A DNA stretch of 64,000 nt from a virus (IMGVR_UViG_3300035034_002381:1-64000), one strand, 5' to 3'; shown: positions 37,791 through 47,930, counted from the first letter of the stretch. A program made the numbers and translations. Notes: generated from the letters alone by a model not told the origin.

Positions 37791-39107
37791 ATGAAAAGAT
37801 CTGGTATTAAAGTAGCGGTATTTCCCATGGGTTCAATTATCCGATTTAGGAAAGATGGAATCAAAAGATCGTTTGGTCGTTTAGAATATTATAATTTGAT
37901 TTGGGCGTTGGCCAGAAATCCAAGTATTTCGGAAATTTGGCTTTTACAAGTTTCTGATTGGGAACAATTGACTGATGATGAAAAAATTGATTTTGATCCT
38001 AGAAAAGTTATTCGTAACATTTATGCGGAATTTAAAGTAGACAAACCTAATAGTAAAAAACAAGAATCTTACGCTGATCTTTGGAACAAAATTTCTCATC
38101 TTAAGCAACCTGATTTTGCAATTGTATTTTCTACACAAGGTCTTACTAGAATTTCTATACCAAATATTATACCTAAAGTAAAAAATCCTGAAGAAAAAGC
38201 TAAATGTTTAGAAATGACAATACGCTATTGTTCTTCACAAATGTATTATCTAAACAATTCAGAAATTCCATATTTTTTGGTAGTTAATGATGGCAGATTT
38301 TTGTATACTAATACACATACAAAATATCTGGATATGTTTAATTTACCCAAAGAAATCATGGGATTTTACAAAAATGATGATTATATACTTCATCATTATG
38401 ATAAAATGCCGGATGATGGTGGCAAAATGACTACTGATGTTGTTAAGTTATCATACAGTAAAATGATTTGGCTTAATAATATCAGTGAAAAAATCATAGA
38501 CCCTGCCAACATAGAGAAAACTGAAAAGTTTTCTATTGTAGCTATGCAGGCAGCTTATGGTAAAGATAAACATGATCCTAGATATTCTATTCTAAAGGAG
38601 TGGTTTTTAGACGTAGATGGAAATGAAGATGTTTCGATTTATGGTAAATGGGGAGAATCTTATGTTAAAGATTATCAACATTTTAAAGGCTTAAAGCCAC
38701 ATACTGAAATTGATGAAATTTTCAAGAAAACTAGGTACACATTATTGATTCCAACAGAACCTTTATGGGTAACTACGAAAATATGTGAGATGTTGAAATT
38801 GGGTGTTGTCCCGTTTTTGCATCCTAGTTATGATGAAAAAAATCTATCATTTGGAGAGGATTCATTTTTTAGAGTAAAAAATCCGGAAGATTTAAAAAAG
38901 AAGATTTCATTTTTAGAAAAAAATCCAGATAAAAGAATCAAGCTCATACAAAAGGCTCAAGAAAAATATATGGAAGGTGTCACAAACGGAACTTGTGTCG
39001 TCGACGCAATTAATCCATATCTTCAACGGGCTAATATTGATGTAGAATTGCAACATGGATTTAGTGATGAACTAATTCGTAAGCGCAAAGTTAAAAAATT
39101 ATTTTAA
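37791..39107 (+). CDS. Putative GT-B glycosyltransferase with resemblance to phage DNA beta-glucosyltransferase
   Basis: N-terminal KVAVFPMGSIIRF and C-terminal PLWVTTKICEMLKLGVVPFL pattern-match T4 BGT (MKIAIINMGNNVINF ... LRVWETMASDAVMLID) only loosely; recalled from memory. Confidence 0.3.
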   Translation: MKRSGIKVAVFPMGSIIRFRKDGIKRSFGRLEYYNLIWALARNPSISEIWLLQVSDWEQLTDDEKIDFDPRKVIRNIYAEFKVDKPNSKKQESYADLWNKISHLKQPDFAIVFSTQGLTRISIPNIIPKVKNPEEKAKCLEMTIRYCSSQMYYLNNSEIPYFLVVNDGRFLYTNTHTKYLDMFNLPKEIMGFYKNDDYILHHYDKMPDDGGKMTTDVVKLSYSKMIWLNNISEKIIDPANIEKTEKFSIVAMQAAYGKDKHDPRYSILKEWFLDVDGNEDVSIYGKWGESYVKDYQHFKGLKPHTEIDEIFKKTRYTLLIPTEPLWVTTKICEMLKLGVVPFLHPSYDEKNLSFGEDSFFRVKNPEDLKKKISFLEKNPDKRIKLIQKAQEKYMEGVTNGTCVVDAINPYLQRANIDVELQHGFSDELIRKRKVKKLF

Positions 39108-39110
39108 ATT

Positions 39111-40319
39111 ATGAAGAATAAATTTTCTAAGGATGGACATTGGAGATTCGGTACTATAGTTCCATTAATCGGGGGAATGACCATATCCAACCAACAAGCA
39201 ACCGGAGATAATCCGGACTTTTTAATATCTTATCCAGCGTTTGCAGGCAATGATTCTCATTGTGTTAATCATTTTAAAGATACCCCATATTATGTAGTCG
39301 ACCCAGAAACTAATGAATTACCTGAAGACGATACTTTTCAAAATGTAGATTTTGTGTCTGCAGTGTGCCCATGTGCAGGACTTTCTATGTTAAATACTTC
39401 TAAGAAAAGAGGATCTGATGCAGAAATGAATAATTGGATGTATAAATCTGCAGAATTAGTTTTAGAACAAATTAAACCCAAAGTTTTTTGGGGGGAGAAT
39501 GCACCAGGTCTATATACAAAATCTGGTGAAGGTGTAGTCAAAAAATTGAGAGAAATTGCTGAAAAGAATGGTTATGTACTTTCATTAGTCAAAACTAATA
39601 CCTTTTTACATGGTATACCACAACATAGAACTAGAACTTTTTACTTTTTTTGGCAAGGTAAACATGCGCCAATACTGAATTATACCGAGCGGGATGCACC
39701 AACTCTTAAAGAATATCTAGATCAAATTCCTGAAAATGCTTCTATGCAAGATGAAAAATTCGGCTTAGAAAGTATGAATAGTCTTTGGTTTAAATTCTTA
39801 AAAGATCAAAACATAAAAATTTCAGATGTACAAAAAAGTACGTGTAAATCAATTATGGATTATTGTGTAGCCGAAAAATTGATGCCGAAAATGGTTGATT
39901 GGGGTGAAGAAAATGGATATGATAAAATGGTCAGGACTGCTAAGCATATTCTACATAAACAATCTATGGGTAAAGGTTGGTGGGACGCTACACCATTAGT
40001 ACCAACAGATACTATTAATGCGCTGATTAGTAAGAATGCTGGAATTGTCCACCCGAACGGAGAAAGACCAATTAATACCCGAGAAGCTTTATGGTTAATG
40101 GGATTACCACATGATTTTACTATGGTCGATTATGACAATAGAAAAAATAGCAATCACATTTGCCAAAACGTACCGGTAACCACTGCAAAAGACTGGACAT
40201 TCGAAGTGATGAAATTTATCAATAAAGATATTGAAAAAATTGCAACGCCGTTTCTAAAACAAAACAATATCAAACAAAGAATAGATTTACAAGAAAATAA
40301 ATCCAAAGCACTTTTTTAA
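39111..40319 (+). CDS. DNA (cytosine-5)-methyltransferase
   Basis: Motif I PLIGGM, motif IV CPCAGLS (PC...S), motif VI GENAPGL (ENV-type), motif VIII PQHRTRTFYF (QxRxR). Confidence 0.7.
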   Translation: MKNKFSKDGHWRFGTIVPLIGGMTISNQQATGDNPDFLISYPAFAGNDSHCVNHFKDTPYYVVDPETNELPEDDTFQNVDFVSAVCPCAGLSMLNTSKKRGSDAEMNNWMYKSAELVLEQIKPKVFWGENAPGLYTKSGEGVVKKLREIAEKNGYVLSLVKTNTFLHGIPQHRTRTFYFFWQGKHAPILNYTERDAPTLKEYLDQIPENASMQDEKFGLESMNSLWFKFLKDQNIKISDVQKSTCKSIMDYCVAEKLMPKMVDWGEENGYDKMVRTAKHILHKQSMGKGWWDATPLVPTDTINALISKNAGIVHPNGERPINTREALWLMGLPHDFTMVDYDNRKNSNHICQNVPVTTAKDWTFEVMKFINKDIEKIATPFLKQNNIKQRIDLQENKSKALF

Positions 40320-40321
40320 AT

Positions 40322-41761
40322 ATGAAACCTTTATTTGTAATAGAAGACGAAATACAAAATAAGTCTAATATATTCGAACTAATTAATCCACAAAAATTAG
40401 ATCCGAATAAAAAGACTATATTAATAATCACATACAAAAATTTTGCTGGTGATTTTGACTATATTTATGGATTTAATCACAAGATTATTGAATTATTAAA
40501 AGATCAATATAATATTGTATTTGCTGGAAAGGAAATTAAAAAGAATGTCATCGATATAGATAATTTCTATTTAATTGATATGAAAGGTTATACGAGTTTA
40601 AATCAGAATAGATTTAAGCGCAAAAAAGAAGATCCTAACAGTAACCAAATTAACAGAAATATTTTATGGGAAGAATTTGAATCTGCGTTCGGTGATTTAG
40701 AAATTGATTTAATTTTTTATGCGACACCAGAGTATGCGATTTTACCTCATGGTAAATCTTATCATAAAGATTTCAAAGAAATACAAAACGAAATTCATGA
40801 TTATGTAGGCGCAGATACTAAAAAGATTCAGCGTATTAACGAAATTATGTACGATATCTATGAAAATTATGATACCCATGCATCTATTTTAATGTTTTCT
40901 GCCTGGCATAAAAATGTCATGATGAACTTGCCGGTTTTTCTAAAAGAAAGAAATTCGTTTAAAGTCATTGCATTTTCTATTGATCCTGCAAATACTTATC
41001 GATATTTGGAACACCATGGAATAGAATGTACCAATTTTTATTTTGAAGAAGATAAACGTGGTACTCGCAATTTCGAAAAATTTCCAATAGCACATCTTCA
41101 ACATTTAATTTTTGAAAACAACGAAAATCCTACAGAAAAATATAGTTTAGAAAAAACTACAGATTTTTTCTTTATGGGAACGATTATTCAAGAAAAGGGA
41201 AGTAGAATGCAGATGTGGTATGAATTTTTATCAGATTTAAAATTAGACGATAAATCTAATTTTTGGATCCCAATTAAACATAATGGAATTTACCGAACTA
41301 AAAAACAAGAAACTAGTGGTCATACCAAAAAGGGTTTACAGATTATTGATGAAAAATTCACAGACATTAAAAATGCTATCATAAATCATCCCAATTTTTC
41401 TGGACATTTATTACCATCAGAAGTCAAAAAACATATTGTAGCTTATAAATATTCATTAGTATTGCGATGTGTTTCTATTTATGATAGTCTAAATTTTAGA
41501 CCTATTTATTATGTTTATTTAAACATTCTTCCATTTTTAGATCATATGTATGATCCAGATTATTTACAGATTCCTAAGAAATTTCAAGACAAATTAGCAG
41601 TATCTAATTCACGAGATATCGAGGATAGAATCAAATATTATAATCAAAATCCAAAAGAAAGAATTCAGTTATTAAAAGAAATGAGAGAGTTTTTTGAAAT
41701 AGACGAGTTTTTAGAAGATTGGAAAAACATAACACTAAAACATATAGATCATGCTAAATAA
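40322..41761 (+). CDS. Hypothetical protein
   Basis: 479-aa ORF; no family assigned. Confidence 0.4.
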   Translation: MKPLFVIEDEIQNKSNIFELINPQKLDPNKKTILIITYKNFAGDFDYIYGFNHKIIELLKDQYNIVFAGKEIKKNVIDIDNFYLIDMKGYTSLNQNRFKRKKEDPNSNQINRNILWEEFESAFGDLEIDLIFYATPEYAILPHGKSYHKDFKEIQNEIHDYVGADTKKIQRINEIMYDIYENYDTHASILMFSAWHKNVMMNLPVFLKERNSFKVIAFSIDPANTYRYLEHHGIECTNFYFEEDKRGTRNFEKFPIAHLQHLIFENNENPTEKYSLEKTTDFFFMGTIIQEKGSRMQMWYEFLSDLKLDDKSNFWIPIKHNGIYRTKKQETSGHTKKGLQIIDEKFTDIKNAIINHPNFSGHLLPSEVKKHIVAYKYSLVLRCVSIYDSLNFRPIYYVYLNILPFLDHMYDPDYLQIPKKFQDKLAVSNSRDIEDRIKYYNQNPKERIQLLKEMREFFEIDEFLEDWKNITLKHIDHAK

Positions 41762-42398
41762 GATATTTAAAAGTTTGAGTAATTCTGAAAATGAAGCATT
41801 ATGTGTACAAAGAACTAATCTTTTATTCGAAGCATTAGATATTATAGAAAAACATAATGGGAAAGCTTGGTTAGATTGTGGTACTTTGTTAGGTGCGTAT
41901 AGAGATGGTGAATATATTCCATGGGACGTCGATGTAGATTTAGGAATTAATATCGAGGATGTTACTGAGGAAATGCTAAATGATTTCAGAGATAAATATA
42001 ATATACGACACGATAATGGAAACTTAGATCAATACAAATTTTGCTCATTTTATAAGAGAGATGAAAATGGTGATAATTACAAATTTAGAAGATGTAATTT
42101 ATGGATTGATTTACATATGTACTATCCAAATTATGATGGTACAAGAACTATGACAATTACTACAGGAAAAATTAGAGCACCTAAAAAAATCTTTCCAGCA
42201 CCTGCTGAATGTATCGAGAATTTAGAACAAATTGAATGGCAAGGTAGAAAAGTAAATATTCCTAGTAAAACTGTAAAATATTTAGAACAATGGTATGGAT
42301 ATGATTGGGACGTACCTAACGATAAATGGAAAATGTCTCCGAGTTGGTACGATAATCCAACAAATGACAAAATTATTCAAGGTAAAACCCTCTTTTAA
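41751..42398 (+). CDS. licD: LicD-family phosphotransferase (transfers phosphocholine, ribitol phosphate or similar from a CDP/NDP donor)
   Basis: AWLDCGTLLGAYRDGEYIPWDVDVDLGI matches the LicD DxGTLLG...PWDDDxD motif. Confidence 0.65.
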   Translation: MLNKIFKSLSNSENEALCVQRTNLLFEALDIIEKHNGKAWLDCGTLLGAYRDGEYIPWDVDVDLGINIEDVTEEMLNDFRDKYNIRHDNGNLDQYKFCSFYKRDENGDNYKFRRCNLWIDLHMYYPNYDGTRTMTITTGKIRAPKKIFPAPAECIENLEQIEWQGRKVNIPSKTVKYLEQWYGYDWDVPNDKWKMSPSWYDNPTNDKIIQGKTLF

Positions 42399-42416
42399 AC
42401 AAAATAAACAAAACAA

Positions 42417-43178
42417 ATGCATATATTAAATGAATATTTTGACAAGATTTATATTACCAACCTCGACTCGGCCAAAGATAGATATGAAAGATTATCTAAA
42501 GAACTGGATTCATTTGGCGTTGTTTATGAAAGATTCAAAGCATTGACTCCAGATGATGCAAGAAAGGTATTTGCTGAAAAAGGCCTAAAGATTCCTAAAA
42601 GTAATAGTGGAGCTCTTGGTTGCGCAACTTCACATTATATATGCTGTCAACAGGCTGCGAAAAATGGACTTAAAAGAATTTTGATTCTTGAAGATGATGC
42701 AAGAATAACCGATATAGATTTTAATCAAGAGACTCAAAATTTAGTTGAACAAATAAGAAAAACCGACTGGTTTTATCTAAAGCTTGGTTATAATATCACT
42801 AACCAGATGTTAGACGAAAATTTTGAGTTTCATAGAGTTTCAGAAAATTTGTTTAATCTTTCAAAAAGTTCTATGACCACCGCTATAGCTTTCAATATCG
42901 AAAAAATCGTAGAGGATGAGAATGCTTCCACAGTTTTTATTTCTGATCACGCATTAGAAAATAGTAAATTGAATATTCATATTGACCATAGATTGTTTAT
43001 GATGTGTAACGAATTCGGAATTCTACAATGCCATTATTATCCAGCAATATTTACTCAGACTGATGGGTATTCATACATAGGAAAAGAAGAAAGGAAATTC
43101 TCTAATATTGATAAAAGAACAAACAGAATATTCAAAGAGCATATACAATCTTCTAGCTCAACAAAAAAATTATTTTAA
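42417..43178 (+). CDS. Family 25 glycosyltransferase (LPS-biosynthesis-type)
   Basis: N-terminus FDKIYITNLDSAKDRYERL matches the GT25 start (IxVINLxxSxxR). Confidence 0.5.
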   Translation: MHILNEYFDKIYITNLDSAKDRYERLSKELDSFGVVYERFKALTPDDARKVFAEKGLKIPKSNSGALGCATSHYICCQQAAKNGLKRILILEDDARITDIDFNQETQNLVEQIRKTDWFYLKLGYNITNQMLDENFEFHRVSENLFNLSKSSMTTAIAFNIEKIVEDENASTVFISDHALENSKLNIHIDHRLFMMCNEFGILQCHYYPAIFTQTDGYSYIGKEERKFSNIDKRTNRIFKEHIQSSSSTKKLF

Positions 43179-43196
43179 ACAAAGAAAATAGAAAAT

Positions 43197-43976
43197 ATGG
43201 AATTTTTAAATATACTACAATCGGAATTACAATCGGGATTTATTTACATACCTAATAGAGGCAATGCTGGGGATGTTGTCATTCAACAATCTACTATTAA
43301 ATTTTTTGAAAAAAATAATCTAAACTTCGAATTAGGAAAAAACACTACAACTTATGTTGGGGAAAATCTAGTTTATGGTGGGGGTGGAAATTTGATTGGA
43401 AAATACCAACCGGCTAAAAAATTCATAAAATTAAATGCGGAAAAAAATCATATAATGATATTACCGCATACAATTAAGAACAGCGAAAAGTCTTTAAATA
43501 TGCTGAATAAGGATTCTATTGTTTTTTGCAGAGAAAGAATATCTCATGAATATGTTAGTAAATTTATTGAAAAATGTTATTTACATAAAGATATGGCTTT
43601 TCATCTAGATTTAGAATCTTATAAAAAGGAATCTAAATATGAAGTAGGAAATATATTTAGAATGGATGTCGAATCTTCTAATAACGTTAAAAAAATTCCA
43701 TCTAATAATGTGGATATATCCAGTGTTTTTAATCGTAGAAATCAGCATACAAATTTAGAAGTAGCTCAAGCTGTATTTGATGATTTTGTTAATTATATAG
43801 CAGATTTCGAAATTGTAAACACAGATAGATTACATATTGCAATTATTGCTGCAATATTGGGAAAAAATGTTAATCTTTATCCTAACTCATATTATAAAAA
43901 TAAAGCCGTATATGACTATACATTATCGTTAGAATATCCCAACGTCAATTTTATCGATGAAGTAAAATATAGATGA
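43197..43976 (+). CDS. Polysaccharide pyruvyl transferase-like protein
   Basis: YIPNRGNAGDVVIQQ matches the GNxGDxxI motif of the CsaB/WcaK family. Confidence 0.4.
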   Translation: MEFLNILQSELQSGFIYIPNRGNAGDVVIQQSTIKFFEKNNLNFELGKNTTTYVGENLVYGGGGNLIGKYQPAKKFIKLNAEKNHIMILPHTIKNSEKSLNMLNKDSIVFCRERISHEYVSKFIEKCYLHKDMAFHLDLESYKKESKYEVGNIFRMDVESSNNVKKIPSNNVDISSVFNRRNQHTNLEVAQAVFDDFVNYIADFEIVNTDRLHIAIIAAILGKNVNLYPNSYYKNKAVYDYTLSLEYPNVNFIDEVKYR

Positions 43977-44030
43977 TGCATTTTAAAACTTTTTATTAAT
44001 GTATTAATATAAACTTTAATATACTTTTTT

Positions 44031-44603
44031 ATGAAAACAATTATTATTGAAGGATGTGATAGAGTAGGAAAAGATACAGTTTGTAATGGAATAAAACTGA
44101 CTGCGGACTGTTTACTTTATCGACATTGGCTTAAACCTAAAGGTCAAACTAATGATGAAAGAGTTAATTATCAAAAGACAACATTTAAAAAGGAATTTGA
44201 TTTACGTAAATCTTTTTTGGATGATTGGTATCTTAATGATAATGATAAAAATTCTGATTTAATTCTTTGGAACAGAAGTCATATTGGAGAATATGTTTAT
44301 GGAAAACTATATCGAGACTATGATCCAAATTGGATTTATAATCTGGAAAATCTTTATAATTTTTCTGATAATAACATTTATTTGGTAATGTTATATGCAG
44401 ATCCAGATTTTTTGTGTGAGAATGATGATGGACATTCATTCAGTTCTGATATTGAAGGTAAAACGCAAGAAATCAATTTATTCCACGAAGCAGTGGATAA
44501 AAGTCTAATACCAAATAAAATAAAAATAAAAGTAAATGACGGAAAACGTTACCGAGACAGAAAAGAAATTAGAAAAGAAATTTTTGATCGAATCTTCAAT
44601 TAA
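44031..44603 (+). CDS. P-loop (deoxy)nucleoside monophosphate kinase-like protein
   Basis: Walker A IIIEGCDRVGKDT, comparable to T4 gp1 SGVKRSGKDT and Tmk IEGxxGxGKxT. Confidence 0.5.
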   Translation: MKTIIIEGCDRVGKDTVCNGIKLTADCLLYRHWLKPKGQTNDERVNYQKTTFKKEFDLRKSFLDDWYLNDNDKNSDLILWNRSHIGEYVYGKLYRDYDPNWIYNLENLYNFSDNNIYLVMLYADPDFLCENDDGHSFSSDIEGKTQEINLFHEAVDKSLIPNKIKIKVNDGKRYRDRKEIRKEIFDRIFN

Positions 44604-45468
44604 TCAAAGATTCCAAGAACTTATTGAGCAGATTGAGATATCTGCAGAAATGAATGGTACAGTTAATCCACGAGATTTACTGGTTAAAGAATCACTACTT
44701 ACAGGATTTTCTATTGATCCAAGATATCCATGTATAGATTTCGAAGCAAGAAAATTCAACTATAAATATTTTGCTGCTGAGGTTGCATGGTATTTATTAA
44801 AAGATAATACAACAGAATTTATTTCTAAGTTTTCCAATTTCTGGAATAATATTACAAATCCAGATGGAACTATTAATTCTAATTATGGAAAAATTCTATT
44901 AACACAAATAAACAATACTATCACACCAATAGCATGGGTAGTAAATTCTTTAAGAAAAGATAAAAATTCTAGACAAGCAATTGCATATATTGGAAGTAAG
45001 GATTTTCAATATGAAGGAAATAAAGATTTTGTGTGTACTCAATATATTTTGTTTTTTATTCGAAACGATGAACTTCATATGAAAGTTCAAATGAGATCAA
45101 ACGATATTTTTTATGGATTATCTTATGATGCTCCTTGGTTTTCGTTAGTTCATCAAAATACATTTCTTGAACTAAAAGAATTATATCCAGAATTAAAAAT
45201 TGGAAAGTATTTTCATTTTTCTGATAACTCACATTTTTATCAAAGACATTTTAGTAAAGCTCAAGAAGTCTTACAAGAAGAGGTTAAGCTTGGTCCTAAA
45301 ATTGTTCTTGAGAAACCTTTATGGAGAACTTATGAAAATGGTAATTGCGTTATTACTGAAACGGCTAGTAATTATATAGATTTTTTCAATAAAAATTTAG
45401 GTGATTTATCCGAGTATAAAAACGAACAATTTAAAGAAGTTCTCAAAAAAATCGTAAAAATTAACTAA
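44536..45468 (+). CDS. Thymidylate synthase-family pyrimidine C5-transferase with a cytosine-type specificity residue; putative dCMP hydroxymethylase or methylase
   Basis: CTQYILFF matches the ThyA catalytic CHxxxQFY. QMRSNDIFYGLSYDAPWFSLV matches ThyA [21 protein letters not shown], with Asp at the ThyA Asn177 position. GKYFHFSDNSHFYQRH matches GDFVWTGGDTHLYSNH. The start codon is uncertain. Confidence 0.65.
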   Translation: MTENVTETEKKLEKKFLIESSINQRFQELIEQIEISAEMNGTVNPRDLLVKESLLTGFSIDPRYPCIDFEARKFNYKYFAAEVAWYLLKDNTTEFISKFSNFWNNITNPDGTINSNYGKILLTQINNTITPIAWVVNSLRKDKNSRQAIAYIGSKDFQYEGNKDFVCTQYILFFIRNDELHMKVQMRSNDIFYGLSYDAPWFSLVHQNTFLELKELYPELKIGKYFHFSDNSHFYQRHFSKAQEVLQEEVKLGPKIVLEKPLWRTYENGNCVITETASNYIDFFNKNLGDLSEYKNEQFKEVLKKIVKIN

Positions 45469-45532
45469 ACAAAAATTTTATAGTACCAATATTTTTTATT
45501 ATATTTGTACTGTAATTAAAAACAACACATAC

Positions 45533-46681
45533 ATGAATAATCAAAAAACAATCCAGGCGATTGAGGATAAATTCTCCGCCGCAATTGAACCGCTGAAAAA
45601 GCAAACTGTTCGTAAAGAAATTAATTTTAGAGACATTGAAATCAATGATTCTAAATTATATTTTCAAGATACACCACTTTCAAAAATTGCACAAAGAAAA
45701 ATTTTGAATGAGTTGCAAGTCAAAAGTGGATTTATCAATTATTCTGAAAAATTGGAAGATCGTGACTGGGAAATGATTTCTAAAAAACTTAAAGATGCAC
45801 AAGGTGATCGGGTTGTTTATGGAAATTTTGAAACCGACTCAGAAAACAAAGAAATTATCCAAAACGTTTTTGGTAAAAAACAAGACAAACCTGCTGCCGA
45901 TCCTGGAGATTATGATTTTTTCATAAACTCAATTACAGAGTCTTTAGGAAAATCTGAAATTGAATATGATTTGGGATCATTTAATTTTGATCAATACCGA
46001 AGAATTTTTGATTTATCCCTGCTAAACAGAGAATCAAGTATTGATATCTTTAAGGATGGAAAAGATATTTGGGATGGCGGTCATTCATTCACATTCAATA
46101 CTTCACAATTTTCTACTTCACCATTTTTCGAAAGATTGGTTTGTACTAATGGAATGAGAAGTCGCCAAAACATGTTTAGCTCTTCAATTAACCAAAGTAA
46201 ATTCAATGTTAAGAAAATATCCAGATTGATTGAAAAAAATATTTTGGATGGTACGGAATCTTTGAATGAAGCAATCATGATTCAAGCTAATCACTTGATC
46301 AAAAACAACATCTCAATTAATGAATTTGATATTTTCCGCAAGAAATTCATTACATCCGACGAAGAAAAACAACACCTTTTCGAAAAAATTCGTAATCAAT
46401 ATTTTGATGATAAGCCTTTCTATAAAGCTTATGGAGAAAATATTGCGGAAAAATCGAAAAAATGGAGATCAACCGCAAATTCAGGAATCAATGCATATCA
46501 ATTTTTTAATATGCTTACCTGGTTAGGTTCTCACCAAAAAGAAACTGGATTGTCTGACACAGTTTCTAGAGATATCCAACTAAGCGCCTCTAATCTGTTT
46601 TTCAAAGAAAATCTTGATTTGGAAGATGTGGCTGGAAATGTTAACGTGGATTATCCTGTTAATGATATTGCGTTCGCATAA
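45533..46681 (+). CDS. Hypothetical protein
   Basis: 382-aa ORF followed by terminator 46717-46750. Confidence 0.4.
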   Translation: MNNQKTIQAIEDKFSAAIEPLKKQTVRKEINFRDIEINDSKLYFQDTPLSKIAQRKILNELQVKSGFINYSEKLEDRDWEMISKKLKDAQGDRVVYGNFETDSENKEIIQNVFGKKQDKPAADPGDYDFFINSITESLGKSEIEYDLGSFNFDQYRRIFDLSLLNRESSIDIFKDGKDIWDGGHSFTFNTSQFSTSPFFERLVCTNGMRSRQNMFSSSINQSKFNVKKISRLIEKNILDGTESLNEAIMIQANHLIKNNISINEFDIFRKKFITSDEEKQHLFEKIRNQYFDDKPFYKAYGENIAEKSKKWRSTANSGINAYQFFNMLTWLGSHQKETGLSDTVSRDIQLSASNLFFKENLDLEDVAGNVNVDYPVNDIAFA

Positions 46682-46716
46682 GATTTTCTTTTCATAATTA
46701 ATCCATTCTGTGGATT

Positions 46717-46750
46717 AAAGCCCGAGCAAATTAATGCTCGGGCTTTTTTA
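46717..46750 (+). terminator. Rho-independent terminator (aagcccgagca-aatta-atgctcgggctt plus TTTTT)
   Basis: Hairpin plus T-run. Confidence 0.8.
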
Positions 46751-46796
46751 TGTTGTTTAAAAATTGATATATAATCTATAAAGAAAATAACATATA

Positions 46797-47360
46797 ATGA
46801 AAAATTTAAAATCTTACGAAAATTTTGAGAATCAACTTTTAGAAAATGGGTGGAGTGGTGAACATCTCGACGCAAATTTTAAACTTGATGGAAATGAAGT
46901 AATTGTGACTTTTGATAAAGCCATGACTTCAGCAGTCAAAAAAGTTCTTGCTGGAAAGAACGATCCTCTACTTGATACAGTAGAGGATGAGATCAGAATT
47001 CAATTAGGTAGAGAAATTGACTGGGATCAAGATGTTGAACCATCTAAATCAGGTATAGGAATGAGATTTGTGCTTGAACATATTCAACTTTTTGAAGGAA
47101 AAGCTTCGCCTGGTGGTGAAATAGAAATTAAAGAACTACAAGATTTGGTAGATGATTTACCTAAAACTGTAATTACACAAAACGCAGAGTACGACAGATT
47201 CGACAGAAATTTTAATTTTGAATTTACAATTAGTGGTGATAATTGGCAGATATATTATGACAAATTGGCCAAGTCACCATATTTATTAAATCTGGATAGT
47301 GGAACGGATAAAGAAATAGTTAATCCACTGGAATTACAAAAATTACTTAAATCATTTTAA
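46797..47360 (+). CDS. Hypothetical protein, MKN-K-F-EF family
   Basis: N-terminus MKNLKSYENFENQ. Confidence 0.45.
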   Translation: MKNLKSYENFENQLLENGWSGEHLDANFKLDGNEVIVTFDKAMTSAVKKVLAGKNDPLLDTVEDEIRIQLGREIDWDQDVEPSKSGIGMRFVLEHIQLFEGKASPGGEIEIKELQDLVDDLPKTVITQNAEYDRFDRNFNFEFTISGDNWQIYYDKLAKSPYLLNLDSGTDKEIVNPLELQKLLKSF

Positions 47361-47361
47361 A

Positions 47362-47640
47362 ATGGAAAATGTAGACATGGGATTATGGGCAGTGAATGTA
47401 ACTGTTTATCAAGAAGATTCAAAAGGCAAAGAAAAGGGTGTTAGACATCCTTATCTAGTAAATGCAGCAAGCGCAAAGCATGCGATTGAAATTGTTGAAG
47501 AAGATTATAAAGGTTCACCACAAAAATGGAAAATATCAGCAATTAAAAAATCTAATGTTGTTGATGTATTAAACTATTCTGGTGTACAGAACCTCACGAA
47601 AAATACACAGCTTGATACTAGTTTAATGTTAAATGATTAA
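47362..47640 (+). CDS. Small hypothetical protein
   Basis: 92-aa ORF. Confidence 0.35.
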   Translation: MENVDMGLWAVNVTVYQEDSKGKEKGVRHPYLVNAASAKHAIEIVEEDYKGSPQKWKISAIKKSNVVDVLNYSGVQNLTKNTQLDTSLMLND

Positions 47641-47730
47641 TATATATTATATTAACAAGTATAACTGAGGTCATTCTAGGCCATCTAGATTTAACACAGA
47701 AGGTCATAGATATAAAATTTAATACACAAA

Positions 47731-47925
47731 ATGAAAAGTTTCAAAAAAGTCTTAGAAAACAAAGAAGCTGATAAGCTATATACTTTAAAACTGGACTTGA
47801 TCAGTTGGTGGAAAGAAAATTCAAGTAAACCAAATGTTATAAAAAAGAGAAAAAACATTCAAGGTAAAATTGATCAAGTAGTAAAATTATTAGATGAAGT
47901 TGTAGATGAAACTTATGAAAAGTAA
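47731..47925 (+). CDS. Small hypothetical protein, paralog of the 7225-7425 ORF
   Basis: N-terminus MKSFKKVLENKEADKL. Confidence 0.4.
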   Translation: MKSFKKVLENKEADKLYTLKLDLISWWKENSSKPNVIKKRKNIQGKIDQVVKLLDEVVDETYEK

Positions 47926-47930
47926 ATTAA

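Noticed and set aside
39111-40319. Restriction-modification system around the C5 methyltransferase
   Set aside because: No adjacent restriction endonuclease candidate was found. The neighbours are a BGT-like GT and an unknown ORF, so this is more likely an orphan protective or modifying methyltransferase.
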